From an uncultured virus (IMG/VR IMGVR_UViG_3300048033_000643) (lineage: Duplodnaviria > Heunggongvirae > Uroviricota > Caudoviricetes > Crassvirales), in the IMG/VR virus record IMGVR_UViG_3300048033_000643: a stretch of DNA of 64,000 nt; one strand, 5' to 3'. Shown here one piece after another: positions 53,034 through 63,100 of the stretch; position 1 is the stretch's first letter; each line of letters begins with the position of its first letter. The notes under the pieces are model-generated. The model saw only the letters and a program-made list of their open reading frames with translations, was not told the DNA's origin and ran no database searches. The translations under genes and the position numbers were made by a program.

Positions 53034-53771
53034 ATGACAGAATCTGTAAAAGAAATTGTCGGCAATTTAGCTGATGACACAAAATATTATGGCGAGTATG
53101 GTCAACAATTTTTATCTAACTCAGACATACTTAACTTACTTAAGTTTCCAGAAAAATTTAAGGTGCCACAAGCTAAAACAAAAGCTATGGTGGAAGGAAA
53201 TTATTTTCATACTGCGATATTGGAGCCTGAAAAACTCATAGATTTTAAAGTGATAGATGTGGCTTCAAGATCAACAAAAGCTTACAAAGAAACTTGTGGG
53301 GAGAATGAAATATTATTGCTTCAAAAAGAAAAACTTCATCTTGATAGTTTAATTGACAAGATGCAATCGAATCTTGAGATGTTCGATGAAATTTATAAAG
53401 AAGGCAACAAGTTTGAAGTTCCACAAATTTCTGAGATAATGGGCAATACTTGGAAAGGTAAAGCTGATATTGTTACAGATGAATTTGTAATTGACATTAA
53501 AACAACAAACGACATTTCAAAATTTTATTGGAGTTGCATGAATTATAATTACGATTCACAAGCTTATCTTTATCAAAGATTTTTTAACAAACCATTAAGG
53601 TTTTATGTAATAGATAAACAATCATTTCAGTTAGGAATTTACGACTGCTCTGCAAACTTTATAGAGGGTGGTAAAAACAAAGTAGAAAAAGCAACTGAGG
53701 TGTATAATAAATTTTTTAGCAATGAAAAAACTCATAACATACATAACTACATCCATAAAGAAATTCTTTAA
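53034..53771 (+). CDS. PD-(D/E)XK RecE/DUF3799-like exonuclease
   Basis: LSNS, GNYFHTAILEP, KGKADIV...IDIKTT, YDSQAYLY; adjacent to the SSAP. Confidence 0.8.
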   Translation: MTESVKEIVGNLADDTKYYGEYGQQFLSNSDILNLLKFPEKFKVPQAKTKAMVEGNYFHTAILEPEKLIDFKVIDVASRSTKAYKETCGENEILLLQKEKLHLDSLIDKMQSNLEMFDEIYKEGNKFEVPQISEIMGNTWKGKADIVTDEFVIDIKTTNDISKFYWSCMNYNYDSQAYLYQRFFNKPLRFYVIDKQSFQLGIYDCSANFIEGGKNKVEKATEVYNKFFSNEKTHNIHNYIHKEIL

Positions 53772-53913
53772 GGTCTGTAGTCTTGAAAAAACAACAAGAA
53801 AAGGAGTAATGTGGGTGGATGTTCCAAACACCTGCACCTCAAGATTAGAGAAAGATTTTATTCTCTATGACACAATAGATAGATTGGAGCAAAAAATTAA
53901 AATTATAAAATAA
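53722..53913 (+). CDS. hypothetical protein
   Basis: Stop is TAATG-coupled to the next gene. Confidence 0.45.
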   Translation: MKKLITYITTSIKKFFKVCSLEKTTRKGVMWVDVPNTCTSRLEKDFILYDTIDRLEQKIKIIK

Positions 53914-54161
53914 TGGCAGAAAACTATGTACATCCTAATGGTAGTGGTTCTTTATTTAAGAATAGCTACAAGGAAAAAGAAAATCAGCCTGATTACAAAG
54001 GGACAATTACGTTACCAGATGGATCAGAAAAAGAATTGGCTGGCTGGAAAGGAACAACTCAATCAGGAGATGTTAAACTTTCAATTAAAATTAGTGACAA
54101 GTATGTGAAACCTCAATCAAATGACGAAAATCAAAGCAAATCATCTGAGGATTTATTTTAA
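53913..54161 (+). CDS. putative single-stranded DNA-binding protein (DUF736-like)
   Basis: GSLFKN..KEKENQPDYKG....LAGW; acidic tail ending EDLF. Confidence 0.65.
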   Translation: MAENYVHPNGSGSLFKNSYKEKENQPDYKGTITLPDGSEKELAGWKGTTQSGDVKLSIKISDKYVKPQSNDENQSKSSEDLF

Positions 54162-54169
54162 GTAACTAA

Positions 54170-54253
54170 GCATCAAATCAGGAGAAGCCACACTCAAGGA
54201 GGAGGCGAGATTTACTGACGAGTAATTAAGGTTCGATTCCTTTTTTGATGCCA
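54170..54253 (+). ncRNA. tRNA-like RNA with non-canonical D and anticodon arms
   Basis: 8-bp stem GCATCAAA/TTTGATGC and T arm AAGG-TTCGATT-CCTT; intergenic. Confidence 0.6.
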
Positions 54254-54271
54254 ATTTAATCAAACAAACAA

Positions 54272-56683
54272 ATGCAAATAACAATATTCAAGGACATAAA
54301 GGTTACCTCTCAGCCTTTTTATAGAGATGTCCATGTTATTCTAAAAAGAATACAAGAGGGAGCATCTAAAGACTTAGTAAAAAAAATAAGAGCAGAAAAA
54401 AACAAGGAGGCAAGGAATTTGTTAAAACAAAAGCTCCCCGCTGTTTGTTTCAGTGGAAAGTTTACTAAAAGAAATGATAAATCTTTACAAGAACATAGTG
54501 GGTTGCTGTGTTTAGATTTTGATGGTTATTCTACAACTAAAGAGATGTTGTCAGATAAAGAAAAACTTACTAAAAACAAACATATTTATAGTGTATTTGT
54601 TTCTCCAAGTGGAAAGGGATTAAAAGCGTTAGTAAGAATACCTGCTGATCCAGAGAATCATGTCAATTATTTTGTAAGCATTCAAAACAATTTAAACTCT
54701 ACTTATTTTGACAAAACCTGTAAGAATATTTCAAGGGTTTGTTATGAATCATACGATCCGTTAATCTATATTAACGAACAATCAAGTACATGGGACAAAA
54801 TTGAAGAGGAGCAGTACACAGAGGTTACTAAAAACATAGATATACCTACAATCCCAATTACAGATGAAAATAAAATTGTAGATATTTTAAAAAAATGGTG
54901 GGAAAAAAAATATCCTATGGTTGAAGGTCAACGAAATCATAATGTGTTTGTATTAGCTTCAGCATTTAATAGATTCGGTGTTTCTAAAACCTTAGCCGAG
55001 TATGTCATGAATACTTTTTCATCTCAAAATTTCAAACAAGGAGAAATAAAAAGAACTATCAATTCAGCTTATCAAAATGTACAAGACTTTGGCACCCAAT
55101 ACTATGAAGATGAAGACAAGGTTAATTTAATTAAAGCTAAGTTAAAAAGAGGAGTGCCAAAAAAAGAGATCCGATCTCAATTAGAGGAAGAAAGTATTGA
55201 GGTCGGCACAATAGATAATATAATCCATAGGCTTGAGGATGAACAATCAAGTCAAAAATTTTGGTCTATATCAGAAAAAGGTGTTGTAAAAATTATACAC
55301 ATATCGTTTAAACACTTCCTAGAAGAGCATGGATTTTATAAATTTAATCCAGAAGGAAGTAAGAACTATGTGTTTGTTAGAGTAACAAATAACTTAATTG
55401 ATCACACAAGTGAAAAAGAAATTAAAGATTTTATATTAAACCATTTAATAGAGCTTGATGAAATTCAAGCTTATAATCACTTTGCTGAATGTACAAGGTA
55501 TTTCAGGGAAGAGTTTTTGACTTTGCTTTCATCTATTGATGTGTATTTTATTGAAGACACAAAAGGTAGTGCTTATCTATATTACAATAACTCAGCAGTA
55601 AAAATAACATATAATGATATAACCTCTATTGATTATTTAGATTTAGGAGGTTACGTTTGGAAGGATCATGTAATTGATAGACCATACATTAAATGCGAAT
55701 CAACAGACTGCGATTATAAGTCGTTTATAGAGAATATTTGTAATGGCGAAAAAACTAGAATAAACTCAATGAAATCTACGATAGGTTATTTATTACATGC
55801 GTGGAAAAATTTATCCTATTGTCCCGCAACCATATTAAATGATGAGGTTATTTCTGATAATCCTGAAGGTGGTACAGGTAAAGGTTTGTTCATGAATGCT
55901 TTAGGACACATGAAAAAATTAGTAGTGATTGATGGTAAGTCTTTTAATTTTGAAAAAAGTTTTGCTTATCAACTTGTAAGTGCTGACACACAAATACTTT
56001 GTTTTGATGATGTAAGTAAGCATTTCAATTTTGAAAGATTATTTTCTGTAGTTACAGAAGGGTTAACCTTAGAAAAGAAAAATAAAGATGCAATTAAAAT
56101 ACCATTTAAAAAATCTCCAAAAGTATGTATCACTACAAACTATGCTATAAAAGGGAAAGGCAGTTCGTTTGAAAGAAGAAAATGGGAGCTAGAATTAGCA
56201 CAACATTATAATAGAGACAACACTCCGATAAGAGAGTTTGGAAGATTAATGTTTGGGGAATGGGATGAAGATGAGTGGTGTGCTTTTGATAATTACATGA
56301 TAGAATGTTTGCAAATGTATTTACAACATGGTCTTATTAAAAGTGAGTTTGTAAATCTTAAAATTAGAAGATTGTCAGCTGAGACATGCCATGAGTTTAT
56401 AGAGTGGTGTGGGTTGTTAAAAGGAATGAATGAACATGAGTCGTTGCAACTTAATAAAAGATCGAATAAACAAGATTTGTACATTGATTTTATTGAAGAC
56501 AATCCAGACTTTGCTCCAAAAGCAAAGTTAACTATATCAAGAACTAAATTTTATAAATGGCTAATAGCTTATAATCAATTTAAATATGACTGTGATCCTG
56601 AAGAAGGTCGAGACAACACTTCGAGGTGGATTAGATTTAGAAATAAGCATGAACTAGAAGAAAACTTAGAAATAGAATTTTAA
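54272..56683 (+). CDS. primase-helicase (BT4734/VirE-N-like primase, PriCT-like domain, P-loop helicase)
   Basis: KQKLPAVCFSGKF, LDFD, FVSPSGKGLK, DKTCKNISRVCYESYDP, EGQRN, Walker A GGTGKG, FDD, ITTNY. Confidence 0.85.
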   Translation: MQITIFKDIKVTSQPFYRDVHVILKRIQEGASKDLVKKIRAEKNKEARNLLKQKLPAVCFSGKFTKRNDKSLQEHSGLLCLDFDGYSTTKEMLSDKEKLTKNKHIYSVFVSPSGKGLKALVRIPADPENHVNYFVSIQNNLNSTYFDKTCKNISRVCYESYDPLIYINEQSSTWDKIEEEQYTEVTKNIDIPTIPITDENKIVDILKKWWEKKYPMVEGQRNHNVFVLASAFNRFGVSKTLAEYVMNTFSSQNFKQGEIKRTINSAYQNVQDFGTQYYEDEDKVNLIKAKLKRGVPKKEIRSQLEEESIEVGTIDNIIHRLEDEQSSQKFWSISEKGVVKIIHISFKHFLEEHGFYKFNPEGSKNYVFVRVTNNLIDHTSEKEIKDFILNHLIELDEIQAYNHFAECTRYFREEFLTLLSSIDVYFIEDTKGSAYLYYNNSAVKITYNDITSIDYLDLGGYVWKDHVIDRPYIKCESTDCDYKSFIENICNGEKTRINSMKSTIGYLLHAWKNLSYCPATILNDEVISDNPEGGTGKGLFMNALGHMKKLVVIDGKSFNFEKSFAYQLVSADTQILCFDDVSKHFNFERLFSVVTEGLTLEKKNKDAIKIPFKKSPKVCITTNYAIKGKGSSFERRKWELELAQHYNRDNTPIREFGRLMFGEWDEDEWCAFDNYMIECLQMYLQHGLIKSEFVNLKIRRLSAETCHEFIEWCGLLKGMNEHESLQLNKRSNKQDLYIDFIEDNPDFAPKAKLTISRTKFYKWLIAYNQFKYDCDPEEGRDNTSRWIRFRNKHELEENLEIEF

Positions 56684-56685
56684 TT

Positions 56686-57921
56686 ATGGAATTAAGAGAT
56701 TATCAAAAAGAGATTGTTAGATTAGGTGTAAATGTTTTAAAAGAACACAAATTTGTTTATCTTGCCATGGAAGTTAGGACTGGCAAGACACTTACGAGTT
56801 TGAGTATTTGTAAGACTCTTGCTGTTTCTAACGTTTTATTCATTACAAAAAAGAAAGCTATATCCAGTATTCAAGATGATTACGACTTACTCAATCCTGA
56901 TTTTTCTATTACTATTATTAATTACGAGTCGCTTCATAAAATAGATTCATCTCTGTATGATGTTGTAATATGTGATGAAGCTCATGGTATGGGTGCTTAT
57001 CCTAAGCCTAGTAAAAGAGCAAAAGATGTAAAATCTTTAATACAAGTAAACAAAAATCCTTCTGTAATATTATTATCTGGAACACCTACACCAGAGTCTT
57101 ATTCTCAAATGTATCATCAAGTTTATGCTTTACCAGGCAACCCGTTTAAACAGTATAAAAGTTTCTATAAATTTTCACATCAGTACGTTAATATTACACA
57201 GAAAAAAATAGGGCCAACAAGTATTAACGATTATAGTGATGGTAAAGAGTCAATTCTTTATGAAATGAAACCATACATGATTTCTTTTACACAGCAAGAA
57301 GCCGGTTTTAAAACACAAATTACTGAAGAGATATTAACTGTAGCAATGCATGAGTCAACTCATAACATGGTTAAAAAACTTAAAAAAGAAAGAGTTCTAC
57401 AAGGTCAAGTAGAAGTTGTGTTGGCTGACACAGCTGTAAAACTTATGTCTAAAATTCATCAGCTGTATTCAGGAACTGTTAAGTTTGAAAGCGGAAATTC
57501 AGGTGTAACAGATTGGGCAAAAGCTAAATTTATACATGGTTATTTCCAAAACAAAAAGATAGCTATATTCTATAAGTTTAAAAAAGAATTAGAGGCTATT
57601 ACTGACATATTTGGCGAGTCTGTAACTACAGATTTAAAAGAATTTAAAGAAACTAACAAGTGTATTGCTTTACAAATTGTTTCAGGAAGAGAAGGTATTA
57701 GTTTAAAAGAAGCTGAAGCTCTTGTGTATTATAACATTGATTTTAGTGCCACAAGTTACTGGCAGTCAAGAGACAGGATGACTACTAAAGACAGGCAGTA
57801 TAATAAAATTTACTGGGTGTTTGCTGAAAATGGTATAGAGCATCAGATTTATAAAACTGTTATAGGTAAAAAGGATTACACTTTAAATCATTTTAAAAGA
57901 GATTTACTTACACTTAGATAA
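56686..57921 (+). CDS. SF2 (SNF2-like) helicase
   Basis: LRDYQ, RTGKT, DEAH, LSGTP, EGISL, QSRDR. Confidence 0.85.
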   Translation: MELRDYQKEIVRLGVNVLKEHKFVYLAMEVRTGKTLTSLSICKTLAVSNVLFITKKKAISSIQDDYDLLNPDFSITIINYESLHKIDSSLYDVVICDEAHGMGAYPKPSKRAKDVKSLIQVNKNPSVILLSGTPTPESYSQMYHQVYALPGNPFKQYKSFYKFSHQYVNITQKKIGPTSINDYSDGKESILYEMKPYMISFTQQEAGFKTQITEEILTVAMHESTHNMVKKLKKERVLQGQVEVVLADTAVKLMSKIHQLYSGTVKFESGNSGVTDWAKAKFIHGYFQNKKIAIFYKFKKELEAITDIFGESVTTDLKEFKETNKCIALQIVSGREGISLKEAEALVYYNIDFSATSYWQSRDRMTTKDRQYNKIYWVFAENGIEHQIYKTVIGKKDYTLNHFKRDLLTLR

Positions 57922-58160
57922 TGACAGAACAACAAATACAAAGTAAAAGAATCAAAGAGCTAGAAGCTGAAGGCTACTACGTTTTAAAATTGATTAAAAC
58001 AAACAAGAATGGTATTCCTGATCTTGTGGCATTTCCAAAAAACTGTAATGTTTTGTTTTCTGAAATAAAAAAACCAACAGGTAAAGTATCCAAGCTTCAA
58101 GAATATAGATTAAAAGAGTTAGAAAGTTATGGGTTTAAAACAGAAATATATAAAGGATGA
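57921..58160 (+). CDS. VRR-NUC domain nuclease
   Basis: EQQIQ...NGIPDL...FSEIK...GKVSKLQ. Confidence 0.8.
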   Translation: MTEQQIQSKRIKELEAEGYYVLKLIKTNKNGIPDLVAFPKNCNVLFSEIKKPTGKVSKLQEYRLKELESYGFKTEIYKG

Positions 58161-58405
58161 ATAAATTAGAAGAAGAAATAGAATATTATAATTCATACAA
58201 AAAAAACCTTATACAGTTTATAATACACTCTTGCTCGTATGCAAAACAAACTAAAACAGTTAAAAGGATAAGATTAACTGCTAATGAAATTTTGGGTTTA
58301 CAAAAAGAGATTTGTAGGGTAGAATTGTTTATTTATGATCTAAAATTAATTAAAAATCCAGATGATTCTATATTAAATTATCTAAATAATAAACATTTAA
58401 ATTAA
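58157..58405 (+). CDS. hypothetical protein
   Basis: Coupled ORF. Confidence 0.5.
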   Translation: MNKLEEEIEYYNSYKKNLIQFIIHSCSYAKQTKTVKRIRLTANEILGLQKEICRVELFIYDLKLIKNPDDSILNYLNNKHLN

Positions 58406-58430
58406 TTTCACTATATTTAAAATTAAAACA

Positions 58431-58553
58431 ATGGCACAAAACGTAATTGAAAACGAAATTTTTGAACATTTTAGAGTTGAAGAAAAAAAAATTACTGATG
58501 CAACTATTTTATTAAAAGAAAAAGGTTATATTATAATAAAAAAGAAGGCATAG
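58431..58553 (+). CDS. 40-aa hypothetical protein (MAQNVIENEIFEHFR...)
   Basis: Translated by hand; A-rich leader. Confidence 0.55.
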   Translation: MAQNVIENEIFEHFRVEEKKITDATILLKEKGYIIIKKKA

Positions 58554-58556
58554 TAA

Positions 58557-58751
58557 ATGGCTCATAAAATTTCAGTTGATGATGTGAATGCAATCAAGCA
58601 CATTAATTATGTGACTAATAACTCTCACGACCTTGTAACTGAACTCTACGAAGATCTTATGGAGCGAGATCATAATGAAGCAAAACTCAAAGCTCAGAAC
58701 ATTTGTCAGATCATGACAGAATTAATTAACTCTTTATCGGATGAAGTCTAG
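58557..58751 (+). CDS. hypothetical protein
   Basis: ORF track. Confidence 0.6.
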   Translation: MAHKISVDDVNAIKHINYVTNNSHDLVTELYEDLMERDHNEAKLKAQNICQIMTELINSLSDEV

Positions 58752-59841
58752 AAAGGCTGAAGGCCCGAGACTTAGGTTGTCTATTGAGGAGGTAGATATG
58801 ATTCGTGAGCTTCGTGCTCAAAATTTAGAAAACGTTAATGACAACTCTGCTTTAACTGATCATTTGAATGAAAGAGGTATTGATAAAAATGATGTTATCA
58901 GTGTAAAGCATTGGCAAAGTGCAAGTGGTGAGTATAGGTTTTCAATAGTAACTAAAGAAAATTTAGCATTAAAAGAAAATCTAATATTTGAAAAAGTAAA
59001 TAAGTTTGTTGAAGAACATTCTCCAGACTACAAACCTATAAAAAGAAAAAAGCAAACGGATCCGCACCTGCTTGTTATTAATCCTGCTGATATTCATATT
59101 GGAAAGTATGCTAAAGCTCTTGAGACTGGAGAAGAATACAATTCTCAGATAGCAGTTGAAAGGGTTATGGATGGTATACATGGTCTTATTGACAAGGCTC
59201 AAGGTTTTCAAATAGAAAAAGTTTTGTTTTGTATAGGTAATGATGTGTTGCACATTGACAATGTTTACAGTACAACAACAAAAGGAACACCACAGGACAC
59301 GGATGGTAAGTGGTGGGAACACTACGAGCTTGCTTTAGCTTTATATGTAGAGTGTATAGAAACATTAAGAAAGATTGCTCCAGTAGATGTAGTTCACAGT
59401 ATGAGTAATCACGATTATCAATCAGGCTTTCATTTAGCTCACACCTTACAAGCCTGGTTCCGGAAAGCAAAAGATATAACTTTTGATGTCACAGTAGCAC
59501 ACAGAAAGTATTATAAGTATGGAACATCTTTAATAGGTCTTGAGCATGGTGATGGAGCTAAAATGGATAACCTTCCTCTTCTTATGGCACAGGAAAAACC
59601 CCAGATGTGGGCTAATACAAAAACTAGATATTGGTACTTACACCATATACACCATAAAGTCAAGCATAAGTGGAGAGACGCTAAGGACTTCGTAGGAGTC
59701 ACTGTAGAGTACATGAGGTCTCCTTCGGCAGCAGACAGCTGGCACGCCCGAAAAGGCTTTACAGGCGCTCCTAAAGCCTGTGAGGGGTTTGTACACCATA
59801 AAGAGCTTGGGCAAGTGGCTAGATTAACTCACTTCTTCTGA
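58741..59841 (+). CDS. calcineurin-like metallophosphoesterase
   Basis: DIHIGK, GND, SNHD, HGD and HHIHH metal-binding motifs. Confidence 0.82.
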   Translation: MKSRKAEGPRLRLSIEEVDMIRELRAQNLENVNDNSALTDHLNERGIDKNDVISVKHWQSASGEYRFSIVTKENLALKENLIFEKVNKFVEEHSPDYKPIKRKKQTDPHLLVINPADIHIGKYAKALETGEEYNSQIAVERVMDGIHGLIDKAQGFQIEKVLFCIGNDVLHIDNVYSTTTKGTPQDTDGKWWEHYELALALYVECIETLRKIAPVDVVHSMSNHDYQSGFHLAHTLQAWFRKAKDITFDVTVAHRKYYKYGTSLIGLEHGDGAKMDNLPLLMAQEKPQMWANTKTRYWYLHHIHHKVKHKWRDAKDFVGVTVEYMRSPSAADSWHARKGFTGAPKACEGFVHHKELGQVARLTHFF

Positions 59842-59920
59842 GGTAGGAATTACATTATTGCAATGTTTGCAATGAAAATAAAATCCATTCTGGTTTGAAC
59901 CATGTAAGTTCATAATCTTG

Positions 59921-60172
59921 TTACACCTCTTGCAATTCATTCATTAAATTTTTAGAATTTAAAAGAGTAGCACATTTTTCATATTCTTCTAAGTCTTCAA
60001 AGTATTCTATAAGCTGATCAAACACCTCTTCATAATCATCTATTACATCTTTAGTAGGATCAAATATTAAGGTTACTTTCATATCTCTGTTTAACAATTG
60101 CTCGTAGCCAACTTGATTAGTTATTACATAATAACTTTGTAACATGTAAATGTGTTCATCAAAATGTTTCAT
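59921..60172 (-). CDS. hypothetical protein with UVR-like C-terminal motif
   Basis: YFEDLEEYEKCATL. Confidence 0.6.
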   Translation of the reverse strand: MKHFDEHIYMLQSYYVITNQVGYEQLLNRDMKVTLIFDPTKDVIDDYEEVFDQLIEYFEDLEEYEKCATLLNSKNLMNELQEV

Positions 60173-60175
60173 TAA

Positions 60176-63100
60176 TTAAAAAGGAGATTTAGGCATGCCA
60201 CTGCTTCTCCTATTACTAAATGGAGATTTAGGGCCAGAGGGTTTATTACTTTTTTTAGTTTTATTTTTCTTTTTCTTTTTAGGAATGTAAGTGTTTTCTT
60301 TTGCTTTTCTTGTTTTTTTATAAGCTCTAAAATTATAATCCATTATTGCCCCTGCCTCAAGCGGCAAAAATCCTAATAAATATAATGTGTACATAGGAGC
60401 TTGAGCTAAAAGATCATTTTTATATTTTGGATCCATTTCTACTTCTCTACCATATCTATCTTTATATTTACCTGTTGTCGCTAAAGAAACCATATCCACA
60501 ATTTGCAAGGCTTTTTCCCCACCAATTCCTAACACACCTAACCTATCTAATAACCCTTCAGGCTGATTTACAAAAAATTGAAAAGGATCATCGCTATCAA
60601 ATGTTGCTATTAAAGCGTTAGTAGCTTGTAAAACCTCAGGATTCACTAAAGGAATTGGGCTAACTATATCTGCAAAAGCTTGCCCTTTTCTACCTTTTTT
60701 TCTATTTTCAAATTGCTTTAACAAAGTTTCTTCATCTTCATCTGTTCCTCTTAGCGCCCTGGCCGCTCCAGCTAAAGATTGTGTTATAAATAATCCAACC
60801 GCATTAAATGTTGCAGTTTCTGCAACTAATCCTCCAAGAGATTTTCCAGCTTTTAGTTTATCTTGTACTGTATTTGATTTAGAAAACACTGCACCTAAAT
60901 CATTATACATCCTTGTTTTTTGATTTAATAAAAAGTTTGCAAAAGGAAAAGCTACTTTTCGTAAAACCTGAAGAACTGGATCTTTACTTGCAAACAACTC
61001 CCCTTGTAAATCTACATCCGATGTATTTTGTTGTCTTGCAACCTGTTGAGTGGCATAATTTAACGCCTTATCATTACTCTTGTGCGTACTCCAATCTATA
61101 TTATTAGAATCAATATTTTGTTTTTTTAAACTTTCTAAATAATAAGCCATAAAAGAAGCTCTTGCCGCAAATCTGTCAGGATTTACAAGAAAACCTTGCA
61201 ACCAACCTTTTTGAGCTTTATTAATTACATCCCCAAATTTTCCTGCTTTACCTGTAGAATCTGTTTCTAATCTAGAATCTGTTCCTTCGAGGTTAGTCAC
61301 TGCCTGCACTCCTCTATTAGCGATCTCAACCCCTGAATTATCTAGCCATTTTATTGCATCTGTGTTTGTACCTATTAAATTAATTCCTTTAAAAACAGCA
61401 CTAGGATTATTAATTGTATTTATAAAAGTATTAATTAAAGGAACCATTTGTTTTACATATTGAGTTGGGCCACCAAGAACTCTTGATACACCTAAGCCTG
61501 CAAAACGATTTAAATTTCTTAACCATTTTTCTTGTCCTTTTTGTAAACCTCGTTTTTTTTCTACATATCCTTTAAATCTTTCTTTTATTAACTTCCTGTC
61601 TTCTGTGTTAGGTATAATTTTTTCAAATGAAGGTGAAGACATAAACCCTTTTAATTGTTGAATTCCTGGAGCAGTATTAACATCGGTTAGAGCAGCTCTT
61701 AAATTATTAACATTATTACTATCAAAACCTAAATTTACATATCTATTTGTATTTCCATCCTTATCCATAGGCAAAACAAAAGAAGGTTTTTTAACTTTTA
61801 AAACTCCAGTCTCTTTATCATATACCGTCTCATTAGTGTCAGGCTGAAAAATAGGTTTGTCTAAACTTGGTTCTGATTCTACACCGTCTAATTTAGAAAA
61901 AGAATCAGGTGTATAATTTAAATCTTTACCTAAGGTTCTATTATATATATTTAAAGATACATCTTCTAATTCAGGACGAGCTTTTGACCATTCATTAGTC
62001 ATCCAGTCTACTGCACTTTTATTTATTGGATCAGTTTTTTTATCTACTTCATTTATACTGTTAGAGTTTTTTAACAATTTATCAAAAACTTTTTGATAAT
62101 TTTCTGCTTTTTCGGTTTGACCATTATCTTTTAACTCTTTAATACTTAATTTTACAAGGCCCTTTCTTCTGTTAAATTCTTGGTCTTGTTCCGCTTCAGT
62201 TCCGTCAACTGTTCTTCTCATAAAAGCAAACACTCCTCTTTCAAGATCATTCTCTACATCATTAAATCTTTTTCCATTAGGCATTGTTTTAGTGTTACCT
62301 AATTTTACATTACTTCGTAGTCCGCCTGGATTTATAAATTTATCATAATACGCTTCAGTTATGTTTTGAGCAAGTTTATCAGCTTTAGCAACTCCGTTCC
62401 TTATAGTTGTAAAACCACTTATTTTTTCAAACAACAAAGCTTTGCTTTGAGATTTAAACATTTGTTCTATGCTTTGAGGTATAGATGCTATGAATTTATT
62501 CCAAGCGTTACCTAACATTTTACCTCCAAATAAGAACTTTAAAGGTTTTGCATTTAATTTATTTTCATTATCTACAGCATTTTGCCTTCCTTTAGCAAAA
62601 TTAACGATAGCTTTTAAACCCCCTACACTTTGATTTGTAGCAAAGTTATTCATAGCAAGTAAAGCTTTAGCTCCATCTTCAGACGGTAAATTACTTATGT
62701 CAGTTTTTAAAAATTCAGATACAATTTTCTTGTCTTTTTGAGATATTTTAATTTCTTTACCAGTGAACGGATCTTTTCCTGTTTTAATAATTTGATCAAC
62801 TACAGCTGAATATTTACCAAAAGCATTTTTTAAACCTTTAGCTATTACGCTTTTTTTTGTTTGTCTTAGTTTTGTTTTTTCTTCTGCGCTAAGATTATTA
62901 GTTTCAAAATTATAAAGAATTCTTTGCAGTTCGTTTAAACTAAAATCTTTAGGATCCAAGCCGGTTAAATCTGCAAAAGCTTTTTGTTCCGCTTTAGTTT
63001 TAATTTTATCTTGCAACACTTGTTCTGCTTTAGTATATTTATCTATACTTTCTATATTAAGTGCTTCAGAAATTTTTACATCTCCTTTTTTTGAAGTTTT

